A stretch of DNA of 64,000 nt from Deltaproteobacteria bacterium (GCA_021780225.1 JAJXZF010000045.1:1847-65846), one strand, 5' to 3'; counted from the stretch's first letter, positions 39,477 through 52,147 are shown. Notes: generated by a model not told the origin, from the letters alone. Numbers and translations are program-made.

Positions 39477-40439
39477 ATGAATCCCGCGGTCAGCGTAATC
39501 ATTCCGACGTTCAATCGGCGCGTGATGCTTGGAGAGGCGGTCGCGTCGGCGCTGGCGCAACGCGGCGCCGAATTCGAATTGATCGTCGTCGATGACGGCT
39601 CGACCGACGGGACGTGGCGCTGCCTTTTGGAAATCGCCGCGACCGCCAACGAACGCGCCGGCCGCGAGATTATGCGCTGCCTGCGCACCGGGAATCGCGG
39701 CGTCGCGGCGGCGCGCAACGCCGGCGCCGTATCGGCGCGCGGCGAGTATCTCGCTTTTCTTGATTCCGACGATTTATGGTTTCCGGCCAAGCTGAACCGG
39801 CAACTCGTTTACATGCGCGCGAATCCCGGCTGCGCGATCGCTCAATGCGAGGAAATCTGGCTTCGCGGCGGCCGGCGCGTGAATCCCGGACGGCGTCATC
39901 TCAAGGCCGCCGGCGATATATTCGAGCGGTCGCTGCGGGTATGCCTGATCAGCCCGTCAGCCGTAATGATTCGTCGCGAAGTTTTTGAGGCCGCCGGAGG
40001 TTTTGACGAGGATTTCCGCGCCGCCGAAGATTACGATTTGTGGCTGCGGTTGCTGTCCCGCCACGAAGCGGACCTGATTGGCGAGCCGCTCGTGACGCGC
40101 CGCGCGGGCCATCCCGGCCAGCTTTCCGCGACCGTGGCGGTGATCGATCGGTTCAGGATTCTTGCGTTGATGAAGATCTTGGCGCGATCCGATCTTTCGG
40201 CGCCGCGCCGCGCCGCCGTGTGCGACGCGCTGGCCGAGAAATGTGCGATTTATGCGCAGGGACTTTATCGCCGGGCGCGGGCCGAAGACGCCGGGTTTAT
40301 CGGCGCAATCGGAGCGGCGGCGAACGGCCGGTGGCGCGATGCGGCGGCGCCGGAAATTCAGATGCTGATCGGCGCGATGCGCGCGATGCTCCGGCAAGAC
40401 ACGAGCGGCGCGATTGCGGCCGCCGAGGCTGTTCTGTGA
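39477..40439 (+). CDS. Glycosyltransferase family 2 (GT-A)
   Basis: VSVIIPTFNR, DDGSTD, GVAAARNAG, FLDSDD.W.P.KL, EIWLRGGRRVNP..H.K..GDIF..SL..CLISPSAV, EDYDLWLR, GHPGQLS. Confidence 0.92.
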   Translation: MNPAVSVIIPTFNRRVMLGEAVASALAQRGAEFELIVVDDGSTDGTWRCLLEIAATANERAGREIMRCLRTGNRGVAAARNAGAVSARGEYLAFLDSDDLWFPAKLNRQLVYMRANPGCAIAQCEEIWLRGGRRVNPGRRHLKAAGDIFERSLRVCLISPSAVMIRREVFEAAGGFDEDFRAAEDYDLWLRLLSRHEADLIGEPLVTRRAGHPGQLSATVAVIDRFRILALMKILARSDLSAPRRAAVCDALAEKCAIYAQGLYRRARAEDAGFIGAIGAAANGRWRDAAAPEIQMLIGAMRAMLRQDTSGAIAAAEAVL

Positions 40440-40990
40440 GCGCGTCATCGGGTGAAGAAGCGATCCGCGCGTGGGCCGCGGCGCGGCGCCTTCCCGAGCC
40501 GTATCTGGCGCGATGGCTGGCGCTTGGACCCGACGATCGCACGGCGCTGCTCGCGGCGGTCGAAGGGCTTCGGATGCGCGCGGGGCAGTTGATCGCGGCT
40601 TTGGATTTGCTGGAAGAAATATCCGTGCGCGAAGCGCAGCCGGTCGCGGCGATTCTTGCCCGCATTGAAGTTCGGCGGATACTGAACGGGGCGGGCTCGC
40701 GGCCGGGCCGCGCCAGCGCGCTGCTGGCGGCGCTGCGCGCGATTCGTTTTCCCCGGCTGGCGCGCGCCACGGAGCGGATCGCACGCGAAATCGCGGCGCT
40801 GGGCCTGCCGCGAGGAATCAGGATTACGCCGCCGCGCGAGCTTGCATCGGACGAAGTCAGAGTCGAGCTGATCGCGCATGGCGGCGAAGAATTGAACGAG
40901 TTGCTCGGCGCGCTGGCGCGGCATGCGCGGGCGCTGGCCCGGATCGCGGATCTAGCGGCGGGCGTCGGATGGAACGGCGATGAGATTTGA
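40436..40990 (+). CDS. Uncharacterised helical protein translationally coupled to the GT2 and radical SAM genes
   Basis: GTGA overlap with the GT2 stop; 11-nt overlap with the next gene; LRAIRFPRL...LGLPRGIRITPP motif; host-like codon usage. Confidence 0.7.
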   Translation: MSASSGEEAIRAWAAARRLPEPYLARWLALGPDDRTALLAAVEGLRMRAGQLIAALDLLEEISVREAQPVAAILARIEVRRILNGAGSRPGRASALLAALRAIRFPRLARATERIAREIAALGLPRGIRITPPRELASDEVRVELIAHGGEELNELLGALARHARALARIADLAAGVGWNGDEI

Positions 40991-42074
40991 TCTGGACGCG
41001 GTTTATCTTGAAGAGGAGATGCGTGAGACGCCGCTCGCGCGCCGCGTAATCGCCGCGCTTGCGCCCGGCGTGCCGGTCTATCGCGTTCCCGACGGCCGGA
41101 GCGCCGCGCGCGCCGATCGGGAAGCCGCCGATCCTTTCGCCGCCGGCAAGCGCCGGATGGTGATCATGCGCCGGCGGTCGCGCTTTTTGATGGGCTGTCC
41201 AGCCGCCTCGAATGAATTCGCCTGTTGCGGCTATCTGGTGATGGAACTGGCGTCGAACTGCCCGATGGACTGCGGTTATTGCTTCCTGCAGGAGTTTGTC
41301 GCGGACAATCCCGGATTTCAGATATATGCGAATTACGCCGACGCATTTGCCGAACTCGATCGCGTGCAAGCCGGCGCCGGGAGGCCGCTCAGGATCGGAA
41401 CTGGCGAGCTTGCCGATTCGCTGGCGTTCGATTCGCTGACCGGAATGAGCCGCGATTTCGTGCGCTACTTCGCCGGGCGCGACGACCTGACGCTGGAGCT
41501 TAAGACCAAGACCGACGAGATCGAAAACCTGCTTGAGATCGATTCGCGCGGCCGCACGCTGGTTTCATGGACGCTTTCGCCGGAGCGCGTTTTCCGTTCG
41601 AGCGAGCATCGCACGGCCCCGCCGGCGGCGCGAATCGCGGCGGCGCGGCGCGTGCTGGAGGCCGGATATCGCGTCGGGTTTCATCTCGACCCGATAATCG
41701 CGTACGAGGGCGCCGATCGCGACTACGCCGCGCTGCTCGATCGATTGTTCGATTCGATTCCGGCGGCGCGAATCGAATTCTTCAGCCTCGGCGGTCTCAG
41801 GATGACGCCCGGATTGCGCGCCGCGGCGCGCCGCCGCTTTCCGCGCGATCCGATGCTGCTCGGCGAGGAGGTGCTCGCGCCGGACGGCCGTTACCGCGCG
41901 TTCGCTCCGCTGCGGATGGCCCTGTACGCGGCGATCAACGGGCGGATCGCGAAGGAAAAATCGAAAACCAGAGTGTACCTGTGCATGGAAAATGCCGGAA
42001 TGCATCGGCGCGCGCTGGGCGAGGCGCCGCCGACGCCGGCCGTTCTCGGCGCCCGGCTCGCGGGGGGAAACTGA
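40980..42074 (+). CDS. Spore photoproduct lyase (SplB)-like radical SAM enzyme
   Basis: CPMDCGYCFLQ (CxxxCxxC), GTGELADSL, LELKTK, VSWTLSP..E..T, GYRVGFHLDPII, YLCME. Confidence 0.85.
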   Translation: MRFDLDAVYLEEEMRETPLARRVIAALAPGVPVYRVPDGRSAARADREAADPFAAGKRRMVIMRRRSRFLMGCPAASNEFACCGYLVMELASNCPMDCGYCFLQEFVADNPGFQIYANYADAFAELDRVQAGAGRPLRIGTGELADSLAFDSLTGMSRDFVRYFAGRDDLTLELKTKTDEIENLLEIDSRGRTLVSWTLSPERVFRSSEHRTAPPAARIAAARRVLEAGYRVGFHLDPIIAYEGADRDYAALLDRLFDSIPAARIEFFSLGGLRMTPGLRAAARRRFPRDPMLLGEEVLAPDGRYRAFAPLRMALYAAINGRIAKEKSKTRVYLCMENAGMHRRALGEAPPTPAVLGARLAGGN

Positions 42075-42078
42075 CGCG

Positions 42079-42984
42079 ATGGCCGGCCAAGAGCGAAACC
42101 GGCCGGCGTCGCGAGGCGGCGCCCGCAAGGCGCCGGCGGCGAAAATCGCCGCGAGCGACGGCCGGATGGCGCGCGACGCCGCGGACGCCCGCATGCGGCC
42201 GATCGGCGTGTTCGATTCCGGCATCGGCGGCCTGACCGTGCTCAAGGAATTGATCGCGCTGCTGCCCGGCGAGGATTTCGTCTATCTCGGCGACACGGCG
42301 CGACTCCCGTACGGCAGCAAATCGAACGAAGTAATCGTGCGTTATTCCCGCGAGAACACCGAGTTCCTGCTGGCCAAGGGAATCAAGATGCTGGTGGTGG
42401 CGTGCAATACCTCGAGCGCGGTCGCGCTGGAGGAGATCGCGCGCGGCACGATGGCGCCGGTGATCGGCGTTATCGCGCCGGGCGCGGCGGCCGCCGCGGC
42501 GGCGTCGCGCAGCGGCAAAATCGGCGTCATCGGCACCGAGGCGACAATCGCGTCCGGGGCCTACACGCGCGCGATCCAGAAGCTCCGCCCGCGCGCCGAA
42601 ATATACACTCGCGCGTGTCCCCTGCTCGTGCCGCTGGTTGAAGAGGGATGGACCGATAATGAGGTGGCCGAGCGCACCGTCGCCTGGTATCTCGAAAGCC
42701 TCAAGGCGAGCGGGATCGACACGCTGCTGCTCGGCTGCACGCACTATCCGCTGCTGCGGGCGATGTTCGCGCGGGTGCTGGGACCGCGCGTGAAAATCGT
42801 CGACTCGGCGACCGCGACCGCCCGCTCCGTGCGGGAGCGGCTCAAGGCGCTGGGGTTGGATCGGAAACGCCCGGGAACGCGATCGCGGAGCTTTTTCGTG
42901 ACCGAGACGCCCGACCGTTTCGTGCGGGTGGGACGGCGCTTTCTGGGGCCGGAAGTGGAGTCCGCCGTCCGCATCGAGCGCTAG
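42079..42984 (+). CDS. murI: Glutamate racemase
   Basis: IGVFDSGIGGLTV, GDTARLPYG, ACNT, LGCTHYP. Confidence 0.97.
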   Translation: MAGQERNRPASRGGARKAPAAKIAASDGRMARDAADARMRPIGVFDSGIGGLTVLKELIALLPGEDFVYLGDTARLPYGSKSNEVIVRYSRENTEFLLAKGIKMLVVACNTSSAVALEEIARGTMAPVIGVIAPGAAAAAAASRSGKIGVIGTEATIASGAYTRAIQKLRPRAEIYTRACPLLVPLVEEGWTDNEVAERTVAWYLESLKASGIDTLLLGCTHYPLLRAMFARVLGPRVKIVDSATATARSVRERLKALGLDRKRPGTRSRSFFVTETPDRFVRVGRRFLGPEVESAVRIER

Positions 42985-43087
42985 CGCGCCGCTGTAATCG
43001 GCGCCGCCATGCGCTAGAATTCACGTTTACAAAGCTAGAAATGGCCCGAACGCGGGCGCGGCGTCCTTCCAGGTTTAATCGCACACA

Positions 43088-45754
<2,667 letters not shown>

Positions 45755-45816
45755 CGCCCGCTCGCGCCGGTCGATCGCAGCCGCCGCGCATGTTAAATCC
45801 ACGCGCGGAGGTTTAG

Positions 45817-47013
45817 ATGAACGTACGACTTGAGCCCGCCGCGGTGCCCGGCTTTCGCTTCGCCGGCGTGGCCGCCGGCCTGCGCAACGAACCCGGCCGC
45901 AAGGACCTCGGCGTTATCGCCGCCGATTCCAGCGCCGCGGCCGCCGGCGTCTTCACCACCAATCGCGTCAAGGCCGCTCCCGTCCTGATCGCGCAGGAGC
46001 GCGTGCGCCGCGGCCGTTTGCGCGCCGTGGGCGCGAATTCCGGATCCGCCAATTGCTTCACCGGCAAGCCCGGGCTCAAGCTCACGCTCGATTCGACCGC
46101 CGCCCTTGCGCAAGCGCTCGGATGCGCGCCGGAGCTGGTCGCGCCCTGTTCGACCGGCGTGATCGGCCGGCCCTACGATCTCGTCCGCTACCGCGAAGGA
46201 ATTTCCGCCGCGGTCGCCGCGCTCCATCCCGCCGCGCTCGATGACTTCGCCACCGCCATCATGACCACCGACACGCGGCCGAAAATCGCCTCGGCCACGC
46301 TCAGGCTCGGCGGCAAAACGGTGACGCTCGCCGGATGCGCCAAGGGCGCAGGCATGATCGAGCCGAAAATGGCGACGATGCTCGCCTTCGTGATGACCGA
46401 CGCCGCCGTTTCCCCATCGATCCTGCGCGGCGCCTTGCGCGAGGCCCTGCCGCGCAGCTTCAACGCGGTCACCGTCGACGGCGACATGTCGACCAACGAC
46501 ACGCTGTTGCTGATGGCTTCCGGAGCGGCCGGCAATCGCCCGCTCGAAGGCCGCGAGCGCGGCCGCTTCAACGCCGCCGTCGCGGACATTTCGGCGGCGC
46601 TCGCCCGCGAACTGGTGCGCGACGGCGAAGGCGCGACCAAGCTCGTCACCGTCGAGGTGCGCGGCGCGCGGAACGCGTCGGACGCCGATCGCGTCGCGCG
46701 GCAGATCGCCAATTCGCCGCTGGTCAAGACCGCGTTCTTCGGCTGCGATCCCAATTTCGGCCGTATCCTGATGGCGGTCGGCAAGGCCGGAGTCGCGATC
46801 GATCTCGATCGCATCGAAGTCGCGATGGGCGGCATCAAGCTCGCCAGCCGCGGCGCGCTGCATGTGGACGCGCTGGCGGCCGCCGCGCAACGGATGCGCG
46901 ATCGCGAGTTCGCGCTGACGGTCGATTTGAAGCTCGGCAAAGCTTTCGCGCGGATAATGACCTGCGATTTGAGCTACGGGTACGTCAAGATCAACGCGGA
47001 ATACACCACCTGA
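45817..47013 (+). CDS. argJ: Ornithine acetyltransferase / N-acetylglutamate synthase
   Basis: NSGSANC, STGVIG, IMTTDT, KGAGMIEPKMATML, DGDMSTND, DGEGATK, YVKINAEYTT. Confidence 0.98.
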   Translation: MNVRLEPAAVPGFRFAGVAAGLRNEPGRKDLGVIAADSSAAAAGVFTTNRVKAAPVLIAQERVRRGRLRAVGANSGSANCFTGKPGLKLTLDSTAALAQALGCAPELVAPCSTGVIGRPYDLVRYREGISAAVAALHPAALDDFATAIMTTDTRPKIASATLRLGGKTVTLAGCAKGAGMIEPKMATMLAFVMTDAAVSPSILRGALREALPRSFNAVTVDGDMSTNDTLLLMASGAAGNRPLEGRERGRFNAAVADISAALARELVRDGEGATKLVTVEVRGARNASDADRVARQIANSPLVKTAFFGCDPNFGRILMAVGKAGVAIDLDRIEVAMGGIKLASRGALHVDALAAAAQRMRDREFALTVDLKLGKAFARIMTCDLSYGYVKINAEYTT

Positions 47014-47041
47014 GACTTGTTGGAAACGAGAAGATTGTCCG

Positions 47042-47362
47042 ATGGATGAATACGTCGTCGTCGCCCGCCGCGACGAGATTCCGGAGGGCCGCGCCAGGGT
47101 GATCGAAATCGGCGGCCACGCGATCGCGGTCTTCAATCTCGGCGGCGAGTATCATGCCATCGCCAACGCCTGCCTGCATGAGGGCGGACCGCTCGGCGAG
47201 GGCGGCGTCTACGGCTCGCGCGTGGTCTGTCCGCTGCACGGCTGGGAATACGATTTGACCACAGGCGCCTGCGTTGACGATCCGGCGATGAAACTCGCGT
47301 GCTATCGAGTCAAAATCGAGGGCGACGAGGTGTTGCTCGCCCTCGCGGTGGACCCGCGCTGA
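47042..47362 (+). CDS. Rieske [2Fe-2S] ferredoxin
   Basis: CLHEGGPL and CPLHGWEYD. Confidence 0.92.
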   Translation: MDEYVVVARRDEIPEGRARVIEIGGHAIAVFNLGGEYHAIANACLHEGGPLGEGGVYGSRVVCPLHGWEYDLTTGACVDDPAMKLACYRVKIEGDEVLLALAVDPR

Positions 47363-47458
47363 GCGCGGCCAGGCCCTCGGTTGAATCGCGCCGCCGCGGC
47401 CAATTAGAATTTGCAGTTTGATGCGTGCTGAAAAATCTTCTTGGGCGGAACGGTGCTG

Positions 47459-48331
47459 ATGGCCGCGGGTGATCGCGAATCCGCCGGCCGCCTGCCCGAT
47501 TTCCTTGGCGTTGGCCCGCCGCGCGCCGCGACCTCGTGGCTCGACGCCGCTCTGCGCGGCCACGCCGGTCTTCCCCGCGCGGTCAAGGAAGTCGACTTTT
47601 TTATCGAGAATTACCAGCGCGGAATCGACTGGTACATGAAGTATTTCGCTGACTGCGATCCGAATCTGCCGTGCGGCGAAATCTGCGCGAGCTACTTTCC
47701 CGCGGTCGCGCGCGAACGGATCGTGAAACATCTCCCTCGCTGCAAGATTATCTGCACGTTCCGCGATCCGGTCGAACGGCGCTATTCGTTCTACAAGCTG
47801 GCGGTGCGCAACGCCTGGACCAGCGAAGACTTCGAAACCTGGGTTCAAAACGACGAGGTCGGCGACGGCGCGGGGCTGCGCGGATGGTTCGACGACTTCG
47901 GCCGCGACCGCGTGCTCGTTCTGATTCACGACGATCTCGAGGCCGATCCGCAGGCTTATCTCGACCGCGTCTGCCGGTTTATCGGAATCGCGCCATATTC
48001 GCTCGCCGAAACCGAGGTCGGCGCTCGCCGCATCAACACCTTCAGCGCGCCGCCGCGCAACCCAAAGCTCGCGCGCCGCGGCCGCAAGCTGCGCGATTGG
48101 CTGAAATCGCGCGAGGCCTACCGGACCATCAACCTGCTGGGCCGCGCCGGACTGTGGCGCTATTGTTTCGACGGCGGCGATCGATTCGAGGCGCTCGCGC
48201 CCGCTGTCGAGGCGCGCCTGCGCGCGCGCTACCGTCCCGAGGTCGAGGCGCTCGAGGAGTTGACCGGCCGCGATCTCTCCGCATGGAAGTTCGGCTCGAA
48301 CCGCGGCGGGGCTGGAGACCGGCGCGGATGA
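47459..48331 (+). CDS. PAPS-dependent sulfotransferase
   Basis: LPDFLGVGPPRAATSWL (5'-PSB-like), KEVDFF, RDPVERRYS (3'-PB), GRDLSAW. Confidence 0.88.
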   Translation: MAAGDRESAGRLPDFLGVGPPRAATSWLDAALRGHAGLPRAVKEVDFFIENYQRGIDWYMKYFADCDPNLPCGEICASYFPAVARERIVKHLPRCKIICTFRDPVERRYSFYKLAVRNAWTSEDFETWVQNDEVGDGAGLRGWFDDFGRDRVLVLIHDDLEADPQAYLDRVCRFIGIAPYSLAETEVGARRINTFSAPPRNPKLARRGRKLRDWLKSREAYRTINLLGRAGLWRYCFDGGDRFEALAPAVEARLRARYRPEVEALEELTGRDLSAWKFGSNRGGAGDRRG

Positions 48332-48365
48332 GGCCGCATGCGCGGTGCTGGACCGGCTGCCTGCA

Positions 48366-49298
48366 ATGACCCGCGTATCGGCCATCATCCCGGTTTATAA
48401 CGGCGCCGCGACCGTCGCCGACGCAATACGCAGCGCCCTCGCCCAATCTTTGGCCGATCTTGAAATAATCGTGGTTGACGACGGTTCGACCGACGCCACT
48501 CCCGCCGTGCTCGATCAATTCGGCGATCGGATTCGCGCCATCCGCCAGCCCAACGCCGGAAGTTCAGCCGCGCGCAACCGCGGCGCGGCCGCAGCCGCGG
48601 GAGAATATCTCGCCTTTCTCGACGCTGACGATATTTGGGCGCCTGCGATGGCCGAGCGCTGCGCCGCCGCCCTCGACGCCCATCCGGAATGCGTGATGGC
48701 CTTCGCCAATCTTGCGCTCGTGGACAGCGATGGGCGCGACCTTGGCGCGCCTTTGATTGGACCCGGCTTCGATCATGCGCCGGCGCTCGATGAAATGCTC
48801 GCGCGCCTGTGGCCAATCATGCCGAGCGCGATGATGGTGCGGCGCTCGTCCTACGAAGCAGCCGGGGGATTTGACGCGAGGTTTCGCTTCGGCTTCGAGG
48901 ACGTGGAGTTTACTTTGCGGTTGCGTGAGCTCGGCGCTTTCTGGTTCATCCCGGAACCGCTGGCCAAATGGCGGTTCGCTTTTTTTCCGCGGCAATTCAA
49001 GACCGGATGGCAACGGCCGGAGGCGGTGGCGCTGCTGGATCAGACGTTGCGCGCGCGCTACGGCGTATCGGCCGATGTTATGATCGCCGGCCGCGGCCGC
49101 GCCAGCCGCAGCATCCTGGGCTATATCGGACTGCGCGCGCTCGGCCGCGGCGACCGCGCCGCCGCGCGCGAGGCTTTTCGCCGCGCGCTCCAGCTCGATC
49201 CGTGGCGGATGCGTAACATTATGCGTTATCTGCGAACCTTCCTGCCGCCGTCGCTCGCCCGCGCCTTGTCTGGACGCACGGGAGCCGCCGGCCGATAG
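48366..49298 (+). CDS. Glycosyltransferase family 2 (paralog of 26381-27355)
   Basis: VSAIIPVYNG, DDGSTD, NAGSSAARNRG, FLDADD, FED. Confidence 0.92.
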   Translation: MTRVSAIIPVYNGAATVADAIRSALAQSLADLEIIVVDDGSTDATPAVLDQFGDRIRAIRQPNAGSSAARNRGAAAAAGEYLAFLDADDIWAPAMAERCAAALDAHPECVMAFANLALVDSDGRDLGAPLIGPGFDHAPALDEMLARLWPIMPSAMMVRRSSYEAAGGFDARFRFGFEDVEFTLRLRELGAFWFIPEPLAKWRFAFFPRQFKTGWQRPEAVALLDQTLRARYGVSADVMIAGRGRASRSILGYIGLRALGRGDRAAAREAFRRALQLDPWRMRNIMRYLRTFLPPSLARALSGRTGAAGR

Positions 49299-49321
49299 GT
49301 TCGCGCGAAGCGATCCGCCCG

Positions 49322-50461
49322 ATGCGAATCCTGATGGCAGCGGAAGACTTCGCCGCGATCGGCGGCATTCAAGAGTTGGTCGATCGTCTCGCCGTCGAGT
49401 TGCTCGCGATGGGCCATCAGGTGGAGATTTTCTCGACCGCTCATGTCACGCCCGGCCTTGAACGCACGCCCGCGGCGCCGGCCGGGATCGTTTACGGAGA
49501 TATTCCCGGCCGCAAAGCGCTCAGCCTGCGTCATCCCGAGCGCCTGTGGCGCCAGCCGGTCGCGGACGAATTGATTACGCGGATCCGCTCCTTTCGCCCC
49601 GATCTCGTGAACTCGCATCTCTGGACATGGGATAAAATTCCGACCGTCGCCGATGCGGCGCGCCGCACCAGGACGCCGTTCGTGCAGTCGCTTTACGATT
49701 CGTGGGGTTCCGGCAAGCTCGGCCGCCGCGCGATGCGCGCGCTGAATCGTGCGGCAGGGCTGACCGCGCTTTCGCGCGCCACGCGCGATTATTTTTCCAG
49801 TTTCGCGCGCCGCGCCCGTCAGGCCCATATCGTCCTCGGCGGCGTCGATCTGGCCGCCGCCGAAGCCGCACCGGCGTATCGGCGCGAACGCCCGTACATT
49901 CTGAGCGCCGCGCGAATAGATCTGCGGCAGAAGGCGCTCGATCTGCTTGTGGAAGCGTTCGCGCTCGCCGCGCCGGAATTTCTCTCGGTCGATCTGTTAA
50001 TCGCGGGCGATGGTCCCGACCGCGAAAAGCTGGCGGCGCTGGCCGCCGCGCGCGGGATCGCGGATCGCGTTTTCGTTCTGGGCGCGCGGCTGCGCGCCGA
50101 ACTTTGGTCGCTCTACAAAGGCGCGCGTTGTTTCGCGATGCCGAGCCGGATGCCGGAAGGGCTGGGCCTGGTGTTTCTCGAATCGATGGCGTGCGGGCGT
50201 CCGGTAATCGCCACCGCGGCCGGCGGCGCGCTTGAAATCGTTTTTCACGGCGACAACGGTTTGCTGGTCGATCGGCTCGAACCCGCGGCATGGGCCGGCG
50301 CGATCCGGGCGATGCTCGCCGACGCGGCGGCGTGCGATGCGATGGGACGCCGCGGCTATGCGATGGTGCGCGAGCGTTTCAGTTGGCGCGCCGTCGCCGA
50401 GCGCCATTGCGCCGCGTATGCGGAAGCTCTTGGCGGCGCATCTCGCAAAGACTTAAATTAG
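49322..50461 (+). CDS. Glycosyltransferase family 4 (GT-B)
   Basis: MRIL..GG, IAGDGPDR, PSRMPEGLGLVFLESMACGRPVI, FSW. Confidence 0.92.
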   Translation: MRILMAAEDFAAIGGIQELVDRLAVELLAMGHQVEIFSTAHVTPGLERTPAAPAGIVYGDIPGRKALSLRHPERLWRQPVADELITRIRSFRPDLVNSHLWTWDKIPTVADAARRTRTPFVQSLYDSWGSGKLGRRAMRALNRAAGLTALSRATRDYFSSFARRARQAHIVLGGVDLAAAEAAPAYRRERPYILSAARIDLRQKALDLLVEAFALAAPEFLSVDLLIAGDGPDREKLAALAAARGIADRVFVLGARLRAELWSLYKGARCFAMPSRMPEGLGLVFLESMACGRPVIATAAGGALEIVFHGDNGLLVDRLEPAAWAGAIRAMLADAAACDAMGRRGYAMVRERFSWRAVAERHCAAYAEALGGASRKDLN

Positions 50462-50527
50462 GCGTTCGCGCCGAACGGACCGCGATCGCGCCAAGCCCGC
50501 ACCCAGCGAATCATGGAGAATCAGCCG

Positions 50528-51442
50528 ATGAGTGGCTACGGAAATCTTCGCTTGCCGGATTTTATCGCGGTCGGCGCGCCGCGCACCGCGACCACCTGGC
50601 TCGATCGCGTGTTGATTGGTCACGTCGGCCTTCCCGCCGGAGTCAAGGAAACCCAGTTTTTCTCGTGGTATTTCGATCTTGGAATCGAATGGTACGCCGC
50701 GCACTTCTGGAATTGTCCGCCCGATCTTCCCGTCGGCGAAATCGCGACGACCTATTTTGATTCGCCGCCGGCGCGCGGCCGGATCAAGCAATTTATCCCC
50801 AAGTGCAAAATCATCTGCACGCTGCGCGATCCGGTGCGGCGCCTCTATTCGCATTACCGCCAGCTCCGGCGCGAGGGATTTTTGGGCGACGTTTCCTTCC
50901 GGAGTGCGATGGAACAACATCGCAAGTGGGACAGTCCCGGCAACATGTTCAGCATCAGCCGCTACGCCGGGAATGTACGCGGCTGGCGGGAGAATTTCGG
51001 AGCGGAAAATGTATTGGTCGCGCTCAATGACGACCTGGAGGCGAACGCCCAGAGCTATCTCGATCGGGTGACCGATTTTATCGGAATCGCGCGGATTGAT
51101 TTGTCGCGATCGGCGGTAGGTGGCGCCAAGGTCAATGAAATGAATGAGGCGCCGCGCAATTATAAGCTTGCGCGGCGCGCGCGCGAGTTCCGCGAACGGC
51201 TGCGCCGCCGCAAGCTCTATTTTTTGAGCGAGCGATGCGATCCGCTCTGGAATTACTGCTTCGGGCGCGGCGCGGCGTTTCCGCCGCTCGATCCCGAGGA
51301 TGAAGCGCGGGTGCGAGCTGAATTTCTTCCGGAAATCGAGGCGCTCGAAAAACTGCTAGGACGCGATTTATCGCGATGGAAATACGGCGATCGCGCGGAC
51401 CCCGCGAAGGCGCCGTCAGCCGGCGCGGCGGCTCGCGAATAG
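50528..51442 (+). CDS. PAPS-dependent sulfotransferase (alternative start 50513)
   Basis: LPDFIAVGAPRTATTWL, KETQFF, RDPVRRLYSHY, GRDLSRW. Confidence 0.9.
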   Translation: MSGYGNLRLPDFIAVGAPRTATTWLDRVLIGHVGLPAGVKETQFFSWYFDLGIEWYAAHFWNCPPDLPVGEIATTYFDSPPARGRIKQFIPKCKIICTLRDPVRRLYSHYRQLRREGFLGDVSFRSAMEQHRKWDSPGNMFSISRYAGNVRGWRENFGAENVLVALNDDLEANAQSYLDRVTDFIGIARIDLSRSAVGGAKVNEMNEAPRNYKLARRAREFRERLRRRKLYFLSERCDPLWNYCFGRGAAFPPLDPEDEARVRAEFLPEIEALEKLLGRDLSRWKYGDRADPAKAPSAGAAARE

Positions 51443-52147
51443 CGCGCCCGCGCCGTACGTCACCGCCGCGGCCGCGATTCCGATCGCCATGCTTTCCAAA
51501 CCGCTGCGCCACCACGAGCGCGCCGTGATCATGGTCTTGGCCGCGCCGACGGCGAACAGCACGCACACCGTCGCAATCGCCGATACCGCGATTCCCAGCG
51601 GGGGGGCCACGAACAGATAGGGAATCACCGGCGCCATCGCGCCGAGCAGGTAGGAGATTCCGACCGTCAAACCCGAGCGCAGCGGCGATTCGTCCACTTC
51701 GCTGCCGAAGCCAAGCTCCTCGTGCATCATCACGTCGCTCCATCGTTTCGGATCCGACGTGATGTGGGCGATAATCTGTTCCAACAACGGACCGCTGAAA
51801 CCCTTGTTGCGGTAAATTCCGCTAATCTCCTCGCGCTCGCGCTCCGGCCAGCGCTCGATTTCGATGCGCTCGCGCCGGATTTCGCTCTGGTAGAACTCGT
51901 GCTGCGCGCGCGCCGACGCGTATGCCGCCAGCCCCATCGCCACGGCTCCGCCAAGCATCTCCGAAATTCCGGCCATGATCACGACCGAAGCGACGCTGAA
52001 CGCGCTCGCGACGCCGGAGGTAACCGCGAACGACGCCACCAAGCCGTCGTTCAATCCCAGCATCAGATCCCGGAGATTGGCGCCGCCCGGCGCGTGAACC
52101 TGTTCGGTATGATGATCGTATTCGCGCTTGAACGCTTCTATAGCCAT
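51416..52147 (-). CDS. VIT1/CCC1 family Fe/Mn transporter
   Basis: RDLMLGLNDGL, GAVAMGLAAY.S, EIRRE..EI...PE.EREE, MHEELG. Confidence 0.92.
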   Translation of the reverse strand: MAIEAFKREYDHHTEQVHAPGGANLRDLMLGLNDGLVASFAVTSGVASAFSVASVVIMAGISEMLGGAVAMGLAAYASARAQHEFYQSEIRRERIEIERWPEREREEISGIYRNKGFSGPLLEQIIAHITSDPKRWSDVMMHEELGFGSEVDESPLRSGLTVGISYLLGAMAPVIPYLFVAPPLGIAVSAIATVCVLFAVGAAKTMITARSWWRSGLESMAIGIAAAAVTYGAGALFASRRAG

